From the NCBI GenBank assembly GCA_037444445.1, contig JBBIMK010000018.1:1-32000 (forward strand): a stretch of 32,000 nt of DNA, given 5' to 3'. This DNA is from a bacterium. Lineage in GTDB: Bacteria > UBP7 > UBA6624 > JBBIMK01. Positions 1 through 6,626 of this stretch are shown here, one piece after another (the first letter of the stretch is position 1; the number at the start of each line of letters is the position of its first letter). Position numbers and translations under genes: made by a program. A model generated the notes under the pieces. That model saw only the letters and a list, made by a program, of their open reading frames with translations, made no database searches and was not told the origin of the DNA.

Positions 1-1
1 C

Positions 2-316
2 TGTGATGAGGAATGCTGGAGAGCATTTTTAAGCGACCAAAACTGGCCGGGAGATTTTCCCCCACCTTGTTGTTTGGGAGATTGCAAGCAATGGATTGGT
101 CCGGCCATTACCATTCCTCCTCCCGGTCGACCAGATGAAGCGATTACGGTACCCGATTGTTACTGGGAATGTATGAAAAAATATGATGTGTGTTGTGGGT
201 TGGAAGTGTGCGGTTTACTTCTTTGCACCGGGCTTGCATCAAGGGCATGTGAGGTATATTGTCAGAACCAACCGAAACCTCTTACCATAGGAGTTGCTAA
301 ATTAGTCAGTTATTAG
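2..316 (+). CDS. Cysteine-rich small protein, 5' partial (reading frame open to the window edge)
   Basis: Frame 2 is open from nt 2 (CDEECWRAFLSDQNWPGDFPPPCCLGDCKQW...) to TAG at 314-316. There are 14 Cys in about 105 aa, arranged as four CX3C motifs (CDEEC, CLGDC, CYWEC, CEVYC) plus two CC pairs. The TTG at 74 in the ORF track is probably not the real start. I recognise no family. Confidence 0.4.
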   Translation, partial: CDEECWRAFLSDQNWPGDFPPPCCLGDCKQWIGPAITIPPPGRPDEAITVPDCYWECMKKYDVCCGLEVCGLLLCTGLASRACEVYCQNQPKPLTIGVAKLVSY

Positions 317-326
317 AAGGAGTGTT

Positions 327-782
327 TTGAAGGCAGAATATTTCGGAAGATATTTTCTTGCCATTGTTTCCGGGTATTTGAGTGGACATGCCCTGTACCA
401 TTTCATCCGCCAAATTTCCACCGGGAGGCAATACTTCCAACCCCATACCTTTTACATATTTCATTGGATTACCATATTTTCTGCGGTAATTATAGGTGTC
501 GGTCTGACATTTTTTTTCTCCATTTCAAGACAGGAAAAAATTAGAGTGATAACAAAATTTCTCATCATCATACCTTTATTCTTGTTACGAGAGCTAATTG
601 TTGGCAATTTTTTTTCGCAAGGTCCAGGATGGGTGATTTACTTATCGGCTGTTTTTGGGGTTATTCTTTTCATTCTTCGAGATGGAAAGAACAGTGATTT
701 ATCTGCGCGTATAGCCCTTGTTGTCGGTAGCGCCATTACTTTTTTCGTTACATATCTCATTTCTTTTTCATGGATAACTTGA
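327..782 (+). CDS. Small polytopic membrane protein (about 4-5 TM), unknown function
   Basis: 151 aa ORF with a TTG start, 4 nt after AGGAG (318-322). It has several long hydrophobic stretches (IFHWITIFSAVIIGVGLTFFF, FLIIIPLFLL, VIYLSAVFGVILFIL, ALVVGSAITFFVTYLISF). The segment is low in GC. No recognisable motif. Confidence 0.55.
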   Translation: MKAEYFGRYFLAIVSGYLSGHALYHFIRQISTGRQYFQPHTFYIFHWITIFSAVIIGVGLTFFFSISRQEKIRVITKFLIIIPLFLLRELIVGNFFSQGPGWVIYLSAVFGVILFILRDGKNSDLSARIALVVGSAITFFVTYLISFSWIT

Positions 783-1267
783 AAAAATTATATCCATTTT
801 TCTTTTATATCGCTACTTTAGAATTCTGGATTGCATTTTTCGCGTTTGATTTTGCTGGGCGAAGCGTAAGTATACTTTTACTCTATGGCCTATATGGCCC
901 AGCAAATCATTATGGGCAATCAGGCAGGCCGTATATTGAAAACATCTTTCCACCTTTTCCACTCTGGGTTAAAACCATATTCTTCTCACTATCTATCATC
1001 TATTTTTACGTGCTTTCCAAAAACACCTGGCGAGAAAAAAAATCACATATTGCAGTGAGTTTTTTCTTCTTTCCGGTGTATTATCTTTTTCTGGTATGGA
1101 CAATTCCATATTTTGTATTTGTTAGAAGATTTGAACCCTTTTATTATATAATTTTTCTTTATATTCCACTTATCGTGTGGCTCATTTTCGCAGTCCCTAA
1201 CAAAATTATTGATTACCGAAAGGTCGTCCGGTGCCTCATGATAATTCTTCTATCCTCTTTCTGGTAG
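770..1267 (+). CDS. Small polytopic membrane protein (about 5 TM), unknown function
   Basis: 165 aa ORF whose ATG overlaps the previous ORF by 13 nt. It is very rich in Phe, Tyr, Ile and Leu, with multiple TM-like stretches. The segment is low in GC. No recognisable motif. Confidence 0.55.
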   Translation: MDNLKKLYPFFFYIATLEFWIAFFAFDFAGRSVSILLLYGLYGPANHYGQSGRPYIENIFPPFPLWVKTIFFSLSIIYFYVLSKNTWREKKSHIAVSFFFFPVYYLFLVWTIPYFVFVRRFEPFYYIIFLYIPLIVWLIFAVPNKIIDYRKVVRCLMIILLSSFW

Positions 1268-1446
1268 GATAAAACATAAAGAGCAGGCATCAACTACTGA
1301 ACTGTTAGGCAAAGGTGTGGGATGCACTCACCGGGTAGCCTGATAGAAGACAGGGGGATTTTGAACAGCGGGTGAGGAGGAGCATTTTTTGAAAGGAAAC
1401 TTCCGAGCAAACCTGTGGCAAGATTTGATAAGAAATTTGTGAAAAG

Positions 1447-1475
1447 TTGACAGGAAGAAATTGGTTTAATACAAT
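1447..1475 (+). promoter_or_regulatory. Near-consensus sigma70-type promoter (TTGACA-17 nt-TACAAT)
   Basis: TTGACA lies at 1447-1452, followed by an exact 17 nt spacer and TACAAT at 1470-1475. The predicted transcription start is around 1482. Confidence 0.5.
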
Positions 1476-1523
1476 TCATAATTGAAGGTTGCAAGGGACG
1501 CAACCGAAAAGGGTGCAAGGGTG

Positions 1524-1564
1524 CCCCGATTTCCCCGATGAAAATGGGAAGTCGGGGTTTTTTT
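1524..1564 (+). terminator. Rho-independent terminator/attenuator hairpin with a T7 tail
   Basis: CCCCGATTTCCC (1524-1535) pairs with GGGAAGTCGGGG (1546-1557), giving 12 bp with one G-U. The loop is 10 nt (CGATGAAAAT), and seven T follow at 1558-1564. It lies about 45 nt downstream of the predicted start of the 1447 promoter. Confidence 0.7.
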
Positions 1565-3550
1565 ATGACGCAAAGAGTAGAAGAAAAGATAAGGGAAATA
1601 AACGAAGAGGGAAAGAGGGAAAGAGAAAAGGAAAAAGAAGTCGGGAAGAAGGGCACTCGTTCCGACAGAAAGGGCTGGTGCAGATGGCAGGACCTTTCTC
1701 TTCGCCTGATTTATAGCCGGGACCAGAGTGAAGTGCCGGGCTTTCTGAAGTGGTTCATCCGCTGTGTGCCTGGTGAAATTGTGCAGCCAACCCGCATTGA
1801 AGAGATTCAGGAGATTTTACGGGAGGCATATCAGCGAAGGATTCCGGTGACCCCGGGGGCGGGGCGGTCCTTTGCCCTCGGCGGCGCCATTCCCACAAAA
1901 GCCGGCATCTGTTTAGACCTCTCGTTTATGAACCGCATCCTGGAGGTAAATCCGAAAGAAGAATGGGTGCGGGTGGAAGCCGGCGTCCGCTGGTCCACCC
2001 TTTCCGATGAACTCAAAAAATATGGCTTCGCTTTACGCTCCTACCCTTCTTCCTGGTTCTCCACGGTGGGAGGATGGGTGAACACTGGCGGTTATGGGAT
2101 TGGCTCTCTGAAATATGGAAGCCTCAAAGAGAATGTAATTGGGCTGAAAGTGGTGACGCCGAAGGGAGAACTCTGGAAGGTGGTGCCCGGAATGCCGCAG
2201 TTTGACCTGTTCTTCGGGAGCGAGGGACAACTGGGCGTGATGGCAGAAGTTCGGCTTCTCATTCGCAAAAAGCCTGCCACCGTTTTCCCTCTACTCTTCG
2301 CCTTTTCATCCGACCGGGAAGCACTCCAGGCAATCCAGAATCTTCTGTCAGCGGGCTTACGCCCCTTCTACTTAATTTTCCTGGACAGGGAGAAAATGAA
2401 GGAAATGAATATTTTAATGAGACAACCGCTCCTGCCCGAAACTCCCTGTGTTTTCACAATAGCAGAATCGGAAGACGAGGAGGAAATGATTAGAAATGTT
2501 CTGGGAGGCGGTGCTTCAACAGACACCACCGGGATTTCACTTCGCTCTGCAGACGCACCAGTGGCACAAACAGGCGGGGAACAGCAGGCGGAGTATCTGG
2601 CAGAATATCTCTGGAATGAGCGGTTTTTCCCTCTTAAGGCGAAGAAGTTTGGACCTGGCTTGCTCGCCTCGGATGTGGTGGTATCTCCGAAAATGGTTCT
2701 TCCGTATATTCAAAGATGCAGAAAAGTGGGAAAAGCCTACGGCATAGAGGTAGGCGTAGAAGCCCATTTTTCCACTCCCAACTCCGCCCTTGTTCTTCCC
2801 ACATTCACGACGGACTCTCGCAAACCTTTACTGTACTTACTCCATTCGGCTCTTGCCTATCAACTGGCGTCTTCAGGCATAAAAATGGGCGGAAAGCCCT
2901 ATGGAATCGGGCTGTGGTATAAGCGATTTCTGAATGGGAAATGGAAAAGAGAAGAAGAGATGCAATGGAAGGAGAGAAAAGAGTTCAAGAGGAAATTGGA
3001 CCCACTGGGGCTACTGAATCCAGGGAAGAGTTTCGGGAGGGGATATAACCCACCCGGGGTGCCTTTTTTTGCCCGTCCGATTCTCGCTTTGCTCAGCCGT
3101 CTACTGGTAAAGAAATTACAAGGTAAAGCCAGAAAAATGTCCCCTCCCCTCGCACCTGCCGAAAATGTGAAGTGGACAGGGTACAGGGAGAGCACCCCCT
3201 TGCTTCATTCCATCTATGCCTGTTCTGCCTGCGGGTCTTGCTATGCCAAATGCCCGGCTTACCTGGTGACACGAGACGAACGAACCACAGCCCGGGGAAA
3301 ATTGCAACTGGCAAGCGAAATTCTTTTGAAAAGGAGCACGAAAATTACGGCGGAAGAAGCCCAAACCATGTTTCTGTGCATGCACTGCGGGTTCTGCACG
3401 GAGGTCTGTCAAAGCGAGCTGGAGTTAGAAACCACCTGGAATCTCCTGGAGGCAGAACTGGAGAAACGCTACGGCAAGCCGCTGAAACGCATAGAAGAAT
3501 TCGTGAAGAAGGTGGAGGAGAGTGGCGTGATGCTCGCCACAAGGCCGTGA
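1565..3550 (+). CDS. FAD-linked oxidase (GlcD / D-lactate dehydrogenase-like) fused to a C-terminal 2x[4Fe-4S] ferredoxin-type module
   Basis: FAD-binding PCMH-type N-terminal signature: GEIVQPTRIEEIQEILREAYQRRIPVTPGAGRSFALGGAIP and FGSEGQLGV. FAD-oxidase C-terminal signature: KLDPLGLLNPGK. Two Cys clusters follow, CSACGSCYAKCP and CMHCGFCTEVC, with no CCG-type domain after them. The start is uncertain. ATG 1538 and 1544 sit inside the terminator loop and ATG 1565 directly follows the T-run. The first roughly 40 codons are a K/E/R-rich product of a polypurine tract. Confidence 0.8.
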   Translation: MTQRVEEKIREINEEGKREREKEKEVGKKGTRSDRKGWCRWQDLSLRLIYSRDQSEVPGFLKWFIRCVPGEIVQPTRIEEIQEILREAYQRRIPVTPGAGRSFALGGAIPTKAGICLDLSFMNRILEVNPKEEWVRVEAGVRWSTLSDELKKYGFALRSYPSSWFSTVGGWVNTGGYGIGSLKYGSLKENVIGLKVVTPKGELWKVVPGMPQFDLFFGSEGQLGVMAEVRLLIRKKPATVFPLLFAFSSDREALQAIQNLLSAGLRPFYLIFLDREKMKEMNILMRQPLLPETPCVFTIAESEDEEEMIRNVLGGGASTDTTGISLRSADAPVAQTGGEQQAEYLAEYLWNERFFPLKAKKFGPGLLASDVVVSPKMVLPYIQRCRKVGKAYGIEVGVEAHFSTPNSALVLPTFTTDSRKPLLYLLHSALAYQLASSGIKMGGKPYGIGLWYKRFLNGKWKREEEMQWKERKEFKRKLDPLGLLNPGKSFGRGYNPPGVPFFARPILALLSRLLVKKLQGKARKMSPPLAPAENVKWTGYRESTPLLHSIYACSACGSCYAKCPAYLVTRDERTTARGKLQLASEILLKRSTKITAEEAQTMFLCMHCGFCTEVCQSELELETTWNLLEAELEKRYGKPLKRIEEFVKKVEESGVMLATRP

Positions 3551-3585
3551 AATACAGTGAAGAAGAAGGAGTGAAGAATGAAGCA

Positions 3586-6500
3586 ATGAGGCAGGCAAAA
3601 AATCCGCATTCTACATTTCACATTCCGCAATCCGCGGAGTGGGAACGATATCACATCCCGGTTAAAACTGCACTAACTCCGTGGGAACTGGGGAAATTTA
3701 TGGTGGAGCGGGCGGATTCCTGCATCAACTGTGGGAAGTGCATCTCCGCCTGCATTTATGGGGTTCACTTCCGTCGGCCGGACGATGTGCGAAGGCTGGA
3801 TGAACCCAGGCACTCTCTGTGTCGGGACTGCTTCCGGTGCGTGGAAGAGTGTCCGGTGGGGGCGCTGAAGATTCTTCCCAACCCCGTGTATCTGGGCATC
3901 GGCGATGAGTTCATCCCGCCGTGGCTGGTACAACTCATCTGGCAGCAGGCGGAGACGGGGCGGGTGCCCGTTTCCGGCGCCGGCTTCCGGGGACCCTTTG
4001 GCGGACCCGGTTGGGACGGAATGTGGACCGATATGAGCGAGATTGTTCGCCCCACCCGGGATGGCATCCACGGCAGAGAATATATCTCCACCGATGTGGA
4101 AATTCGTCGGAATCTGCCGTATCTAAAATTTACCCCCGATGGTCGCCTGGCTTCACCCATTCTTCCTTCCCTGCGCCTGCCCATTCCCATCCTTTTTTCT
4201 TTGCCCTCCGTGGCGGAGCACCCTCGCCCTGCTCTTTCTTTGCTTCGGGCCTCCAAACTACTGGGCACTCTCGCCATTCTGGCGGAGGAAGATTTTTCTC
4301 CGGAATTGGAAGAGTTCACGGATTCCATCTTTCTCCATTTGCGAGAATGGCGGACAGAGAAGAAAACATGGGCAAAAGCCTTTGAAGTAGATTATCAGGA
4401 AGGATTTCATCGGATGGTGGAGCAGATTCGCCACGATATGCCTGGAGCAATTCTCTCCGTTCGCCTGCCCCTCATCCCCTCCGCAGAGTCAGCGATAGAG
4501 GACATCCTGAAGGAGAATGTGGAAATGGTCCATCTCGTTGCAGACCCCAATGGGTTTGAAACTCCTCCTTTACAGACAGGGCTGTTTGAGGAAGGAACAA
4601 GGGGAAAGAGGCGAGCCTTCATTCGGGACCGTCTGACAGAAATCCACCGGCATCTGGTGAAGTTAGCGGTACGAGATGAAATCACCCTGGTAGCGGAGGG
4701 CGGAATCATCGCTCCCGAACATATTGCGAAGGCCATCCTTTGCGGGACAGATGCCGTGGTTCTTGACCGCACCCTCCTGATTGCTCTCGGCTTCACCGCC
4801 ACGGGAAGACGCCTCATCCCAAATGCTATGGATGTGGAATGGGGCACCCAGCGCATTCTCAATCTAATGAACGCTTACCGGGACCAGTTACTGGAAGTTG
4901 CTGGCGCGATGGGCATCCGGGATATTCGTCGGATGCGAGGAGAGATGGGCAGAGCCATGTTTCAGGCTGACCTGGAGCGGGAATTCATTGAGGCTCTGGA
5001 AAATCCCATCCCGCTTCTCACAAAGGAAAAACTACAGGCGGAGGTAAGCCAGTCGCCTGCACACCTCATTTCCATACCCGAGGCAAAGCCTGCCCCACTG
5101 CAGGATATGTATCGCAGGCCTATTGGCGTGGCGAAAGTGATTCGTGCAGATTCGTGCATCCATTGCGGAATATGTGTGAAACTCTGCCCCTTTGGTGTTC
5201 ATATCCGCCCGGACGGTTATAAGCGAGTTCTTCCACCGCTGGATGACCTATGTATCGGGGAAAAATGCAAAGAGAAAGATTTCTATTGTATTAATAAATG
5301 TCCCGTGGATGCCCTGTTTCTGGTGCGAAGCCCCCACATAGATACTCTGGGCGACGCTCGCTGGACCCCCGAACTCATCCTCTCCAACTGGTATATGTCG
5401 GAAACAGGCACAGCACCGGAACACCTGGAATATAAGGTGGGGCAATCGGGGGGTGGGTTAGATAAACTCCGCTTCACCTTTGAACTGCCCGTCAACAGCG
5501 AAGATACTGGGGCTAAAAAGTTGCAGAATGAAGAATTAAAAAGTTCCAGTGTTCAACCGAACCATTCAAAGCCCACGGTTAAGAGTCCACATCCTCCGAC
5601 CAAAATCTCTACGGCATTGATGTTGAATCGGCGCAGCGATGGGCCTCGTATAGTCATTCCCATCCCCATTTATGGAGGTGGAATGTCTTTTGGCTCCATC
5701 GGCATCACCACGATGCTTGGCAGAGCAAAAGCTGCAAAGGAGTGGAATACCTTTGTTTCCACGGGCGAGGGCGGCTATCCTGCAGAAATTCAAGTCTACG
5801 ATGACCACATCATCACCCAGGTGGCAACCGGGCTGTTTGGCGTGAAAGAAGATACGCTGAAACGGGTGAGAATCATTGAATTCAAGTATGCCCAGGGTGC
5901 GAAGCCGGGGTTAGGGGGGCACCTCCTGGCAGATAAAAACACCCCCGTCGTAGCAGAGCAAAGGGAAGCGGTGCCCGGCACTTCCCTGTTTTCCCCCTTT
6001 CCCTTTCACTCTGTGTATTCCGTGGAGGACCATAGAAAGCATGTAGACTGGCTGAAAGCCACCAATCCCAACGCTCTCGTGTCGGTGAAAGTTTCCACGC
6101 CCACGGATGTGGATATGGTTGCCATAGGAATTTACTATGCCGGGGCGCACATCATCCATTTAGACGGCGGATATGGCGGTACAGGAGCCGCACCAGAAAT
6201 TGCCAAGAAAAATATCGCCATGCCCATAGAGTTTGCCATTCCGAAGGTTCATCGCTACCTGCTTCAAGAAGGGGTGAGGCACAAAGTGGTGCTGATGGTT
6301 TCCGGGGGAATCCGCACTGCCTATGATGTAGCGAAATGTATCGCTCTCGGAGCTGATGGCGCCATCATTGGAACCGCCGAACTCGTGGCAATGGGTTGCG
6401 TAAGATGCGGGAACTGCGAATCCGGCAGAGGATGCCCCAAGGGTATCACCACCACCGACCCGGAACTCTATCCACTCATTCCCGAAAACTGGGGGGCTCA

Positions 6501-6624
6501 GAGAATTATCAACCTTTATATCGCCTGGCATCATCAACTCTGCCATATCCTGCAAAATCTTGGAATGACCGACATCCGTGAACTGGTGGGAAGAACTGAC
6601 ACACTGAGATACCTGGAGAATTAA
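3586..6624 (+). CDS. Glutamate synthase FMN-domain (GltB domain 2, archaeal-type)-like protein with tandem [2x4Fe-4S ferredoxin + TIM barrel] duplication
   Basis: C-terminal half: IPIPIYGGGMSFGSIG, FKYAQGAKPGLGGHL, HLDGGYGGTGAAP, MVSGGIRTAYDVAKCIALGADGAIIGTA, and the Cys cluster CVRCGNCESGRGCPKGITT. Two ferredoxin modules are present: CINCGKCISAC...CRDCFRCVEECP at about 3721-3860 and CIHCGICVKLCP...CINKCP at about 5150-5310. The N-terminal half aligns to the same barrel but lacks its motifs. The track ORF starts at 3172 and overlaps the upstream gene. The likely start is ATG 3586 (AGGAG at 3567-3571) or the GTG at 3547 in a GTGA overlap. Confidence 0.85.
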   Translation: MRQAKNPHSTFHIPQSAEWERYHIPVKTALTPWELGKFMVERADSCINCGKCISACIYGVHFRRPDDVRRLDEPRHSLCRDCFRCVEECPVGALKILPNPVYLGIGDEFIPPWLVQLIWQQAETGRVPVSGAGFRGPFGGPGWDGMWTDMSEIVRPTRDGIHGREYISTDVEIRRNLPYLKFTPDGRLASPILPSLRLPIPILFSLPSVAEHPRPALSLLRASKLLGTLAILAEEDFSPELEEFTDSIFLHLREWRTEKKTWAKAFEVDYQEGFHRMVEQIRHDMPGAILSVRLPLIPSAESAIEDILKENVEMVHLVADPNGFETPPLQTGLFEEGTRGKRRAFIRDRLTEIHRHLVKLAVRDEITLVAEGGIIAPEHIAKAILCGTDAVVLDRTLLIALGFTATGRRLIPNAMDVEWGTQRILNLMNAYRDQLLEVAGAMGIRDIRRMRGEMGRAMFQADLEREFIEALENPIPLLTKEKLQAEVSQSPAHLISIPEAKPAPLQDMYRRPIGVAKVIRADSCIHCGICVKLCPFGVHIRPDGYKRVLPPLDDLCIGEKCKEKDFYCINKCPVDALFLVRSPHIDTLGDARWTPELILSNWYMSETGTAPEHLEYKVGQSGGGLDKLRFTFELPVNSEDTGAKKLQNEELKSSSVQPNHSKPTVKSPHPPTKISTALMLNRRSDGPRIVIPIPIYGGGMSFGSIGITTMLGRAKAAKEWNTFVSTGEGGYPAEIQVYDDHIITQVATGLFGVKEDTLKRVRIIEFKYAQGAKPGLGGHLLADKNTPVVAEQREAVPGTSLFSPFPFHSVYSVEDHRKHVDWLKATNPNALVSVKVSTPTDVDMVAIGIYYAGAHIIHLDGGYGGTGAAPEIAKKNIAMPIEFAIPKVHRYLLQEGVRHKVVLMVSGGIRTAYDVAKCIALGADGAIIGTAELVAMGCVRCGNCESGRGCPKGITTTDPELYPLIPENWGAQRIINLYIAWHHQLCHILQNLGMTDIRELVGRTDTLRYLEN

Positions 6625-6626
6625 AC

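Noticed and set aside
1389-1442. 17-codon TTG-initiated mini-ORF after GGAGGAG in the 1268-1446 spacer
   Set aside because: It lies upstream of the predicted promoter and is too short to evaluate. It is probably a chance occurrence.
1294-1656. 120 aa minus-strand ORF (Ser/Phe/Leu/Pro-rich)
   Set aside because: It is the complement of the polypurine tract and the promoter/terminator region. Its composition is low-complexity, so it is a composition artefact.
3172-3585. Upstream 138-codon extension of the FMN-subunit ORF (track start 3172)
   Set aside because: It overlaps the Fe-S C-terminus of the upstream dehydrogenase in another frame, and that C-terminus has clear CxxCxxCxxxC motifs. The extension translates to Arg/Gly-rich sequence with no recognisable motif. 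A sensible start exists at 3586, or at 3547.
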